From assembly GCA_048886185.1 (NCBI GenBank), contig JBHLKY010000011.1, positions 132,762 to 164,761 on the forward strand: a stretch of DNA of 32,000 nt, in the 5' to 3' direction. Positions 17,054 through 26,306 of this stretch are shown here, piece after piece (within the stretch, counting starts at the first letter, position 1; the number at the start of each line of letters is the position of its first letter). A program made the position numbers and the translations under genes. Below the pieces are notes generated by a model that did not search any database, was not told the DNA's origin, and worked only from the letters and a program-made list of their open reading frames with translations. This DNA is from Candidatus Hermodarchaeota archaeon (lineage in GTDB: Archaea; Asgardarchaeota; Heimdallarchaeia; Hodarchaeales; Hodarchaeaceae).

Positions 17054-17839
17054 TTAGAGATCCAGTAGTTTTCGCGCATTTTCACTGAGTATCTGCTTCT
17101 TTTCAGAAAGAGAGATTGGAGCACTAGTTACTTTGGTCTTTTCCCATGCAATGTTCTGTGCTCCCCATGGATAATCTGAACCAAAGAGGATCCTCTCGGG
17201 CCCAAGCATTTCGACTGCATCAGCTAACCGCCGAGGATGAGGGATATAAGAACACTCCAAATAAAGATTATTGTTTCGAGCAGCCATTTCAATATGTGAA
17301 AAACGATCATTTAAACTGAATTCTTCTTTCATGTGACAACACACAAAAGTTCCGTCTGGGTACTGTTGTGCTAGTTTTCCGATTTCTTCAACACTTCCTT
17401 CAGGCCCCCAACCTGAATGAATCATAATTGGTACATTGAGATCTATAGCTTTTGTTATAAATGGCTGTACTTCGGGTTTAGTCAAGTGATAATTGTCAAA
17501 AACAGGATGAAGTTTTAATCCACAGAAATTATGATCATCTACTAGCTCCTGAAGATCATCAACTTTATCATGTTTAGGATTTAACCAAGCCATCAGTATA
17601 AATCGTTTTTTAAGGGATTGAATTTGTTGGGCGAGTCTCTCATTTTCATTTCTCATTTTTTCCTTTTTTGGTCCACATAATAATACCGCCTCAGTAACAT
17701 GAGCGTTAGCTAATGCGGTTAGAAACTCGTTGAACGGTGGAAGAACTTTTAGATCTGAAGTAAAAAACGTAACTGGACTCAATGGGAGATGAGTATGGAA
17801 ATCAATAGTTGGAAGATGTCGAAACAGATCTTCAGTCAA
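17054..17839 (-). CDS. Amidohydrolase_2-family metal-dependent hydrolase; TTG start
   Basis: IDFHTH, GLKLHP, PIMIHSG, CHM, ILFGSDYPW. SD GAGGT upstream. Confidence 0.92.
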   Translation of the reverse strand: MTEDLFRHLPTIDFHTHLPLSPVTFFTSDLKVLPPFNEFLTALANAHVTEAVLLCGPKKEKMRNENERLAQQIQSLKKRFILMAWLNPKHDKVDDLQELVDDHNFCGLKLHPVFDNYHLTKPEVQPFITKAIDLNVPIMIHSGWGPEGSVEEIGKLAQQYPDGTFVCCHMKEEFSLNDRFSHIEMAARNNNLYLECSYIPHPRRLADAVEMLGPERILFGSDYPWGAQNIAWEKTKVTSAPISLSEKKQILSENARKLLDL

Positions 17840-18027
17840 TTTTTATACCTCAAAATGTTACTTACTTCTCAAATAATCCGTATTGTTACCATTCTTACAT
17901 TATATATCAATACGAATTTATAAAATATTATTATCAAAGCAAAAGTTATATGGATAATAGCAAAAACTAAGAGGAGGGATAATTAAATATCTGTTTTGAG
18001 CGTTAGAAAAATTATAAGCAATCAATT

Positions 18028-19137
18028 TTGGTAAAAATCTTGTATGTAAAAGAGAATTGGGCTTTATTTGTTGAAGGTACTGAAATTAAGTGGACATTTG
18101 GGGATCCTAGCGTTGAGTTCCAAAAAATCGCAATGAATTTTCTCATTGGTCTTGGAACACTTGGGGAAGAGTTATTTGGTGAAGGAATTGCTAGTATAAC
18201 TTTTGATTTACGTAAATATACTGGATTAAAAGCTTCAGAAATCTTTATTGTTTCTTTAAAAGATCGCTTTCTCCTTATTATAAGCGATCCTACTACAACT
18301 CTCTTGTTAATAGCAGCCCAAGGTGGTATCCCCAATGATATCAAAGACTTAATGACAGCAGTATTAGTAGGGCAAGCCTCAGTCCTCTATGCAAGCAGCA
18401 TTAGTGAAGTTAGCCAGAAAAGTAAGAGATTGATTGAAAAGAAATTTCAGGATATTATTCTGGATATTAATGATAAATACCTTGAGAATGATTTGATACA
18501 TACTATTGTTGGAAAATCAGGAAGTAATTTCTCAATCCTGACATTTGAAGACTGCTTATTACTTCATTTTCATCTTAGAAAACAGCTTGAACCTGAGAAT
18601 TCTTCGGAAACTTCAAGCTGGTGTTTAATTTCTCAATTGGGAGGAGGAAACATCCCTTTTTCGTTTAATATTGACAAAGGTGATGATATAATCATTGGTG
18701 GTTATTTTGCAGCGATAATTGAATTTATCTCAACCCTCTTCGGCACAAAACCTAAGCTTATTTCCTTTGGGTCCACTCATATCCGAAAAGTACGCTTTGT
18801 TTATGGAGGGGACTACTTTATGGCTATTGACACATCTTTTATGATTGACCTATTGCTCAGAAGGCGATTTCAGAAACGATTCTTCGAAACAAGTTACTCC
18901 ATAATCAAAGATATGTCTTCTGGTATTAAAGAATTGATTATAGAGGAAATTGTCCAATTTAATGAAATGAAATTATCTCAAATGTCAGCTGAAGCCCTTT
19001 TAGATGCATATTTTGGAGAAGGAACTGAGGAAATAGAGCTCTCTTTTGGCGGGGGAAAAGAAAACTTAGAACTTTTACGAGATGAACGAATGAATCAAGT
19101 GTTACGTGTTTGGGGGAAATACTTAACTGATCTCTAG
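18028..19137 (+). CDS. Hypothetical protein with two putative longin/profilin-like domains; TTG start
   Basis: Two beta-beta-alpha-beta-beta-beta segments with longin-type helices (NFLIGLGTLGEELFGEGIASI; GGYFAAIIEFISTLFGTKPKLI). Pattern recognition only. Confidence 0.55.
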   Translation: MVKILYVKENWALFVEGTEIKWTFGDPSVEFQKIAMNFLIGLGTLGEELFGEGIASITFDLRKYTGLKASEIFIVSLKDRFLLIISDPTTTLLLIAAQGGIPNDIKDLMTAVLVGQASVLYASSISEVSQKSKRLIEKKFQDIILDINDKYLENDLIHTIVGKSGSNFSILTFEDCLLLHFHLRKQLEPENSSETSSWCLISQLGGGNIPFSFNIDKGDDIIIGGYFAAIIEFISTLFGTKPKLISFGSTHIRKVRFVYGGDYFMAIDTSFMIDLLLRRRFQKRFFETSYSIIKDMSSGIKELIIEEIVQFNEMKLSQMSAEALLDAYFGEGTEEIELSFGGGKENLELLRDERMNQVLRVWGKYLTDL

Positions 19138-19236
19138 TGAGGATATGATAAAAGATTCCTTTTTGTTTGACGCTTAATTATTTTGTAATCAGTAAAAAGA
19201 AGTCTACTATCATATTAACTCTGTTCCAGAATTAGG

Positions 19237-19860
19237 ATGATCAATTTTATGCAAATTCATATAATTAGACATGGTCAAACTGAATTTAATGTTGGAGAAT
19301 CCCGTTTTCGTGGCCAACTAGACATACCTCTTTCAGAAGTAGGTGATAAGCAAGCAGAAGCTGTTGCATTAGCTCTAAAAGCTATTCCCCTAAATACAAT
19401 TTATTACAGTCCCCTAAAGAGGGCAAAAGTGACTGCAGAAAGAATCAGATTATTTCACCCCAAAGCTTCTTTTGTTGAAGAACCGTATCTAATAACATTA
19501 AATTTCGGTGATTGGCAAGGAAAATATCATCATGAGGTATTTACAGCTGAAGAAAAACAGCAATGGAAACTTAATCCCAATATTTTTGTCATTCCCAATG
19601 GTGAGACATTTTATCAGGTTTTAGATAGAGTTCATCGGCTCTTTATGCGTTTACGCCTGCAAGATGAAGAATCTATAGCATTAATTACTCATAGGGTTGT
19701 TATCATCAATATCTTATTATATTTCTTCAAATTAGATCCTTCTCACTTTTGGGATTTCCAGGTACAGCCAGCTTCGATAACTCAAATAGAATATACTCCA
19801 GACAATACATTTCGTTTAATAAAGCTTAATGAAACAAGGCATTTAGAGAAATTAGGATAA
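19237..19860 (+). CDS. Histidine phosphatase (phosphoglycerate mutase-like) family protein
   Basis: IIRHGQT catalytic motif, YSPLKRAKVTA, FGDWQGK, PNGETF, LITHRVVI. Confidence 0.95.
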   Translation: MINFMQIHIIRHGQTEFNVGESRFRGQLDIPLSEVGDKQAEAVALALKAIPLNTIYYSPLKRAKVTAERIRLFHPKASFVEEPYLITLNFGDWQGKYHHEVFTAEEKQQWKLNPNIFVIPNGETFYQVLDRVHRLFMRLRLQDEESIALITHRVVIINILLYFFKLDPSHFWDFQVQPASITQIEYTPDNTFRLIKLNETRHLEKLG

Positions 19861-19916
19861 GATATCTCTGACCAGAAATTCAAGTCTGGTGATAGAAGAA
19901 ATAAGACTTGAGATTT

Positions 19917-21503
19917 ATGATGAAAAATTCCAAAATAAGGATTATCTCCAACCATTATCGCGTAGCAATCGTCATATCGATTATTTCACTTGGGGTAATC
20001 TTTTCAGGAACCATTGTTCTTCTCAGCTATTTAAATGAAAATAATAACAATGACAATAATCATAATTCTTCAAATAATTCAGTTGGAGAAGCATTTGAGG
20101 GCTATAATCTATTTGTTCTTCAATATAAAAGTCAACACAATGAGTCACGAAGTTTAACCTTGTTTATTACAGATATGGAGGGAAAGGTAATTGTAGAGAA
20201 AAAGTATCAAAAAGAACCGAGGGGATTGGATGTTTACCCAGTCGAATTGTTTAATACAACTACCGTTCTATTGGGTGATGATGATGGAGCTGTCTTATGG
20301 AATTTTGTCACTAATTCAACTCTTGATTTAGGATTTAGTGGACATCACGATCTTGAATATAACGCAAACAATAACTCTTTCTTTACAATGAGCTGGTATT
20401 CATCAGAAACACCCGATGTAAGTGACGGATATGAAAGAGATGGATATGATTGGATAAAAGAGTATGATTGGCACGGGAACTTAAAATGGTCACTTAATAC
20501 CCAACAATTCATTAATCTGTCAATGTGGTGCCCACATCAGGATAGTTATGGGAAAACAAGAGATATTACCCATGGAAACACTGTTTTTTATGACTCCAAG
20601 GAAGATGTCATTTATTATCTATCTAGGAATACTAATACATTCTTTAAAATTGATCATAAAACTAAGGAAATTCTTTGGTCTTTAGGGGAATATGGAGACT
20701 TCCAGCTAATTGATCAATACGGAAAAACACGAGAGAATCTTTTCTTTCATGCTCATTCAGTTGAAAAAATCGATACAAATACATTCATCTTATTTGACAA
20801 TGATAGGCACAATCAAACGAATCCTGAGAATTACAGATCACGTATCGTGGAGATTACTATTGATGAAGCTTCTATGACCGCATACGAATCATGGGAATGG
20901 GCAGCTCCAGTTGAGTACTATAGTGATATATGGGGAGACGCAGATCGTCTTCCGAATGGTAATCGCCTAGGAACATTTGGAACACAGACACACCCTAATA
21001 CTGATATCGGACCCCGACTCGTTGAAGTGAATGATAGCAAACATATTCTGTGGGAGATGAATTTCCCTACAACAGCAGATTATATGTATGGAATTTATCG
21101 GATGGAGCGCTTTCGGTTAACTCCAACAATTGAAAATCTCACGGAAATATTCACGCCTGTAGATAGTGTGAATGTCAGCTGGCAAACATGGTATAATTTT
21201 CGGACAAAACATCCAGTGGAGGGATTCTATGAAATATATCTTGATGGCCAACTCATAAAGAACGGGGTACATGTATTCAAGAAATGGTGGTTGCCTTCTA
21301 ACTTAATGATGACTTTAAAAAACCTTTCTCCAGGGGAACACAACGTAACAGCCGTTATTGCCGATGAAAAAGGTAGTATGATAAGTGATACTGTTGAAAT
21401 TCACATTGAAACAACTTTCATTAAATTTAGACCTTATCAGGTCTTCTTTGAGTTGAATCCAATACAACAAAAAACACATTCCAATAAAATTTGGGCTTTT
21501 TAG
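19917..21503 (+). CDS. Membrane-anchored aryl-sulfate sulfotransferase (ASST)-like beta-propeller protein
   Basis: N-terminal TM, Asn-rich linker, and GHHDL, THGNTV, HAHSV, LFDN and WGDADRLPNGNRL motifs typical of ASST-like propellers. Ig-like C-terminal domain. Confidence 0.8.
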   Translation: MMKNSKIRIISNHYRVAIVISIISLGVIFSGTIVLLSYLNENNNNDNNHNSSNNSVGEAFEGYNLFVLQYKSQHNESRSLTLFITDMEGKVIVEKKYQKEPRGLDVYPVELFNTTTVLLGDDDGAVLWNFVTNSTLDLGFSGHHDLEYNANNNSFFTMSWYSSETPDVSDGYERDGYDWIKEYDWHGNLKWSLNTQQFINLSMWCPHQDSYGKTRDITHGNTVFYDSKEDVIYYLSRNTNTFFKIDHKTKEILWSLGEYGDFQLIDQYGKTRENLFFHAHSVEKIDTNTFILFDNDRHNQTNPENYRSRIVEITIDEASMTAYESWEWAAPVEYYSDIWGDADRLPNGNRLGTFGTQTHPNTDIGPRLVEVNDSKHILWEMNFPTTADYMYGIYRMERFRLTPTIENLTEIFTPVDSVNVSWQTWYNFRTKHPVEGFYEIYLDGQLIKNGVHVFKKWWLPSNLMMTLKNLSPGEHNVTAVIADEKGSMISDTVEIHIETTFIKFRPYQVFFELNPIQQKTHSNKIWAF

Positions 21504-21567
21504 AAAACAAATAATAGCAATTGAAAGATTAATTTCTTTTTTTATTTTGCGTTTTTTTCTGGTTGAA

Positions 21568-22854
21568 TCAAAGAAATGAGAATTCTAAAAACCAACCAAT
21601 ACTCTGAGTCAAGCTATACAGTGGATCGATATTTTCAGGTAAATTAGATGCAAGAATTGAAAAGCTAACAGTCCTATTGTCAGATGAAATTTCTAATATT
21701 GGAGAAAAACTTCCAGTTAGTCTGTTGAAATTTCGAGCTATTTCACTTCGATCTTTAAGTGAATCTGCTAATTCTTGTGGCTCTGTTTTCAGATCAATTT
21801 TCTCAAATGCATCCCCAAAAGTTGACTCCTCCTCATACGTTGAAATCCTTTTCATTGAAATTAAAAAGGGAGTCAAAGCTAACTCCTTGCTGCCAGTTAC
21901 CTTCATTACATTAGAGTCCCAATTGAATTTTATAGCTCGAAAATAATTAATGTTAAAAATGAGTTCTGCCGAGGTATTTGATATTTTATACTCAGAAGCA
22001 AGATAACTCTTATCAGAAATTCGTTCCTTAACCCTTTCCTGTAAATTAACGTCCTGAGTCAGGGAAATAGTATGGTTAACATCATTCAGGGGTTCTGCAA
22101 AAGAACCATCAAATGAGATGTCTTTAAATCGTTCTTTCCGATGAGGTATTTTTTCAATGATTCTTCTTCTTGTAGATTTAAAGACGCTTCGTTCCTGCTG
22201 TATTGGGTACATTGTTTCAAGATTTGCTAAAGCAGAAACAAGATCAAGGAGAGTGCCTACATATCGGATGTTCGTATGATCAGATCGAAGAACAAGACTG
22301 ATTGAACCATCACCAAATTTCTCTATCTTACATTCTTTTAAATCAGAGATATTAGCGATTTTTGTAGCAATCTGAAAATTACCTCTACTCAAATACGAAA
22401 GAACTGCAGCTGGATCAGAAGCCTGAATAAGTAAACGATCATCTAATGATTTATGACCAAGCTGAACGTTTTCTCCACCAAAAACTCGACGAAAAAACCC
22501 CTCCTTTTTTATAATTACAGAGAAAATACCTCCTAGTGGATGTTCTGTATTAATCACTGCAGATAGAAGCAAATCCTGTTGGCGATGTTTACCACTCCCA
22601 TAGACTTTATACTCTAATAAAAGTTCACGGATGGGATAATCCTCTCCTTTAGGTGAGGCATAAATCTCAGGATTTGAAAAAAAGCCTCCCTCAGAGACAA
22701 GAACAGTTTCTAAATTGGGAAAACGATTTTCAATCATAATTTTTACAGATTCAGAAAATTCTTTTTCTTTCACTGAACTATAATATATTATAATGATAAT
22801 TAAGATGAAGAAGAGAGAGAAAAATGGGATAAAAAGTGCTGAACCATTTACCAT
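21568..22854 (-). CDS. Single-pass membrane protein with two similar alpha/beta domains (first DUF3137-like)
   Basis: N-terminal TM (LFIPFFSLFFILIIIIIYY). GHKSLDDRLLIQASDPAAVLSYL resembles the DUF3137-type motif. SD AGGTGG upstream. Confidence 0.6.
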   Translation of the reverse strand: MVNGSALFIPFFSLFFILIIIIIYYSSVKEKEFSESVKIMIENRFPNLETVLVSEGGFFSNPEIYASPKGEDYPIRELLLEYKVYGSGKHRQQDLLLSAVINTEHPLGGIFSVIIKKEGFFRRVFGGENVQLGHKSLDDRLLIQASDPAAVLSYLSRGNFQIATKIANISDLKECKIEKFGDGSISLVLRSDHTNIRYVGTLLDLVSALANLETMYPIQQERSVFKSTRRRIIEKIPHRKERFKDISFDGSFAEPLNDVNHTISLTQDVNLQERVKERISDKSYLASEYKISNTSAELIFNINYFRAIKFNWDSNVMKVTGSKELALTPFLISMKRISTYEEESTFGDAFEKIDLKTEPQELADSLKDRSEIARNFNRLTGSFSPILEISSDNRTVSFSILASNLPENIDPLYSLTQSIGWFLEFSFL

Positions 22855-23235
22855 TCAAACCACCTATTTCTGACATATTAAAGGTGATACAGCTTGTTTA
22901 TAACTTATTAGATTGAGGAACAATTGAATAACATGAGAATTTTCAATCAAAACAAATGAAGAGGAATATCACGAATTACTTGAAATTTTAACAGAAAACA
23001 CAAAAAGAGATTCGAATATCAATTCTTCATTTATTTCATTACAAGCTTCCAATCTCAATAGGCTCAGATGAATTATGAGCTATATTGAATGATAAAAACA
23101 GCTAGTTAAATAAATGCGACTTTGTATTAAGCCTTTAATCGATACCCCTATCTTGAAATTCAATTTAAATAGTTCTCAAAATCTACTAAATCTAATGTAA
23201 TGATCTGAAATAATAGTCATGGATACTAGCAGCTA

Positions 23236-24039
23236 ATGTTTGGGATAAATATTATTACAAAATCAGGTATCCTTGTATTTTCTTATTCCTTCGCAGGAAA
23301 ACATCTTGCTGAAATAGATTCGGATATTGATATTCAAGCAGGTCTTATTACAGCTGTGTTAAATGCTCTTAGAGAAACTCGGGGAGAATCAGTCACTGCA
23401 ATTCGGTACCGGGAATATATGCTTATATTATATGAGGGAGTTTTAACATACGGGATCCTTTTTGCGGTAGAGGATGATCCAAGACTCCACGAATTCATTA
23501 AGAAAATTGTTTTGAAATTTGAAATTATGTTCACATACGAATTAGGTGGTCATGAATTACATAGAAAGCACGTTCTTAATCGTATGGATTTTATGAACTT
23601 TGAAGAAACAGTCAGAAGTCAATATTCTGATATGATTGCAATTGATGTTTTTAGTTTAGATCGAATAATTAAGATTATGAAGTCCACAACAGTATCTAAT
23701 TACATCATCTACGAAACAAAGTTCTTTAATCCCGTTTTTACAAAAATTAATGATCCAATCATAACAGCGTATTTACCTCAAATAATGAGGATATATCGGA
23801 ACATTTCTGATCTAGAAAAAATGATTCATCAGGAACATACAACTAGTACTATTAATTTTAAAAATATTATATTTCACGAGATAAAAACACCAACACATAG
23901 TGTTGTTCTTTTTTATTCTCCCATACAAAAGAAAAACAGCATTTTCATGAAAGAAATCAGAAATGTACATAGAAAGATAAGAGAGAACCTAAAAGAGCAC
24001 AATTTAATAGAGTACAAAAGTGTGATAAATCCAAAGTGA
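23236..24039 (+). CDS. Longin-domain protein (Asgard type), probably with a second longin/roadblock-like domain
   Basis: INIITKSGILVFSYSF...IQAGLITAVLNALRETRGESVTAIRYREYMLILYEG...YGILF...FIKKIVLKFEIMF matches the canonical longin secondary-structure pattern. Confidence 0.75.
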   Translation: MFGINIITKSGILVFSYSFAGKHLAEIDSDIDIQAGLITAVLNALRETRGESVTAIRYREYMLILYEGVLTYGILFAVEDDPRLHEFIKKIVLKFEIMFTYELGGHELHRKHVLNRMDFMNFEETVRSQYSDMIAIDVFSLDRIIKIMKSTTVSNYIIYETKFFNPVFTKINDPIITAYLPQIMRIYRNISDLEKMIHQEHTTSTINFKNIIFHEIKTPTHSVVLFYSPIQKKNSIFMKEIRNVHRKIRENLKEHNLIEYKSVINPK

Positions 24040-24099
24040 TCCACTCTAGTAAGCATAAATTGGATGATTAGTATTTAGCTGTTTTAAATGGTATTCCAT

Positions 24100-24119
24100 C
24101 AAAAGCTAATTTGCTTTTG
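24100..24119. promoter_or_regulatory. Near-perfect 20-bp palindrome upstream of the PLP enzyme gene (possible operator or terminator)
   Basis: CAAAAGC-TAATTT-GCTTTTG: 18/20 positions match the reverse complement. It lies about 90 bp before the ATG at 24211. Confidence 0.4.
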
Positions 24120-24210
24120 CTATTATTGAACTAAGTAGAAATAAATTAATCAATGAATACCCAGCAAAAAATTATTTGAAGTAGTAAAAATGACATAGGA
24201 ACAACCAAAG

Positions 24211-25617
24211 ATGAAGTCTTCATACACTCAAAAAAGAATTGATGAATTGGAAAAAGAAATTGAAACTCTCAAAAAAATGAGCTCTGATGAAGAGTATTTT
24301 CGTACACGAAGTACACAAACAATAATGAAAAGACAAAAACAATTGTCTGCATCAAAAAATTATGAATTTAACACTGTAGGTTTATGGGGATTGTATGGAA
24401 ATCAAGATATGAAAATGTTTAAGTCAATGACCTTACCAGTATTCACAAGCTCTACAGGGGGACCATTCGATTCATTACTAGATGGCGCATTGTTACTCTC
24501 ATATCAGACAATAGATGATCCGAATAAGATCTATTCTCGTGTCGATAATACAACAATTGATCACTTGGCGTTAAAAATAGCTGCCTTAGAAGGAAAAACT
24601 ATCGATGAGGAAACCCAAGCGTTATGTGTATCATCGGGAATGGCAGCAATATTCATGTCAACAATGCCTTTCTTAGATGTTGGAGATCAGTTTTTATCAT
24701 CAAATCAAGTTTATGGGGGAGCTGAACAGTTATTTAATGTAACTTATCCCAAAATGGGGTGGAAAGTGGACTGGGTTCATGAACCATGGACAATAGATGC
24801 TTGGCAGGAAAAAATTACTAGAAGAACAAAATTCTTGTACGTAGAAACTCCATCTAATCCGAATTTATTCATCGCTGATATTCCAACTCTTGCCAAACTT
24901 GCTCATGACAACAATATTCCTCTTATGGTTGATTCAAGTGTTGCTTCACCCGCTCTCCTGCGACCATTAGAATTAGGAGCAGATATTGTAATTCATTCCA
25001 TTTCTAAAGTCATGGGGAGCAGTGGACGTGCTATTGGAGGTGCTGTTATAGCCAAGAAAAAAATTACTACATCAATGCTTGACTTAGAAGAAGACTTCGT
25101 GAATAAGGTAAAAGGAGGTCATTTTCGAAATTTAGGCCCATGTTTGCATCCACCATCAGCAGCGGCTATTTGGGATGATTTAGCTACGTTACAATTAAAG
25201 GTCCGAGCCATGTCTGATAATGCGTTACAGATTGCTGAATTTCTTGATGATCATCAAAAAATAGAAAAGGTGAATTACCCAGGATTACCCTCCCACCCTC
25301 AGCATGAACTAGCAAAAAAATTGTTACGATTTGAAGATGGATCAGCAGGTTTTAGTCACCTAATGTCATTTAACATTCAAGGAGGGTATCAGGCGGCAGT
25401 AAAGTTTGCGGAGGTCATTAACTTCGGAGTACAAGTCACAGATTTAGGCCGTAACTATACCACAATTTGTCATCCTGCTTCAACGACTCATGGGCAAATG
25501 ACTCCAGAAATGCGTGCAAAAAGTGGAGTCCCAGATAACCTGATTCGTTATTCCGCTGGCCTTGAAGGACCAAGAGATGCCATTAGAGCTTTGGATCAAG
25601 CCCTAACAAAAATATAA
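24211..25617 (+). CDS. metZ: PLP-dependent Cys/Met metabolism enzyme, MetZ-like homoserine-ester sulfhydrylase
   Basis: YSRVDNTT, SSGMAAI, VETPSNP, PLP lysine in HSISKVMGSSGRAIGGAV, and TTICHPASTTHGQM. The GR-x-x-GGAV and TT-x-x-HPA-x-TTH motifs are closer to MetZ than to MetB or MGL. Substrate not determinable. Confidence 0.8.
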   Translation: MKSSYTQKRIDELEKEIETLKKMSSDEEYFRTRSTQTIMKRQKQLSASKNYEFNTVGLWGLYGNQDMKMFKSMTLPVFTSSTGGPFDSLLDGALLLSYQTIDDPNKIYSRVDNTTIDHLALKIAALEGKTIDEETQALCVSSGMAAIFMSTMPFLDVGDQFLSSNQVYGGAEQLFNVTYPKMGWKVDWVHEPWTIDAWQEKITRRTKFLYVETPSNPNLFIADIPTLAKLAHDNNIPLMVDSSVASPALLRPLELGADIVIHSISKVMGSSGRAIGGAVIAKKKITTSMLDLEEDFVNKVKGGHFRNLGPCLHPPSAAAIWDDLATLQLKVRAMSDNALQIAEFLDDHQKIEKVNYPGLPSHPQHELAKKLLRFEDGSAGFSHLMSFNIQGGYQAAVKFAEVINFGVQVTDLGRNYTTICHPASTTHGQMTPEMRAKSGVPDNLIRYSAGLEGPRDAIRALDQALTKI

Positions 25618-25856
25618 AGAGTATTACTGAAACACACCTCAATTCTATCGTAATAAAGATAAAAATTGATAAATTTTCCTCCATGCAGATCTCATTTCCA
25701 CAAGATAGCATCCATAGATGTTCATGATCCTTTAACCAGTAATAAAAGAAAAACAAATTCTAAAAATTTACTAGGAAGATTTTTTGTAAATAGTCCCAAT
25801 GAAAGAATCACCGAAGCAAAGAAAAAAGAAGAATATCAATATTTGATAGAAGGGAA

Positions 25857-26279
25857 ATGCCGAAAATTTTACTTGCTGATGATGCTGGAGATGAAATCAC
25901 AGAAATAACCATTCCTATTCCCTTTTATATTCGTGTGGAACTTGAGAACATCCCTACACGGTATAAACTTCGGCTCATTGATGATATAGGAAATGTCAGG
26001 GGACAGTATTCTGGAACAACAAATCGTAAATATTTAGAAGTGTATGTACCTTTAATTAAACTGCCAAAACCAGGAAACCTCCGTATTTTTATTGAAGAAT
26101 CACCAAGTGAGGGTGAACTATCCCAAGAACACTATGTCTCTCTAAGAAATCTTCCCTATGTTCCAGAATCTCAAAGTCAAGAACCCAAGAGTTCTACCAT
26201 TGGAACAAGCGGTATTTTGGAAGAAGATGTGGAAAAAATTGAGCTCCATTTGAATTATAGGCATGAGAATGGAGAATAG
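25857..26279 (+). CDS. Hypothetical protein (beta-rich ~100 aa domain plus acidic tail)
   Basis: 140 aa ORF with normal codon pattern and a purine-rich SD-like stretch upstream. No family recognised. Confidence 0.7.
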   Translation: MPKILLADDAGDEITEITIPIPFYIRVELENIPTRYKLRLIDDIGNVRGQYSGTTNRKYLEVYVPLIKLPKPGNLRIFIEESPSEGELSQEHYVSLRNLPYVPESQSQEPKSSTIGTSGILEEDVEKIELHLNYRHENGE

Positions 26280-26306
26280 AATTCTTGGAAACTATTTCTT
26301 ATTCCA

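Noticed and set aside
22950-23070. Protein-like + strand frame (TNEEEYHELLEILTENTKRD...) in the divergent intergenic region
   Set aside because: About 40 codons with an in-frame stop upstream and no start. It could be a remnant but I cannot support it.
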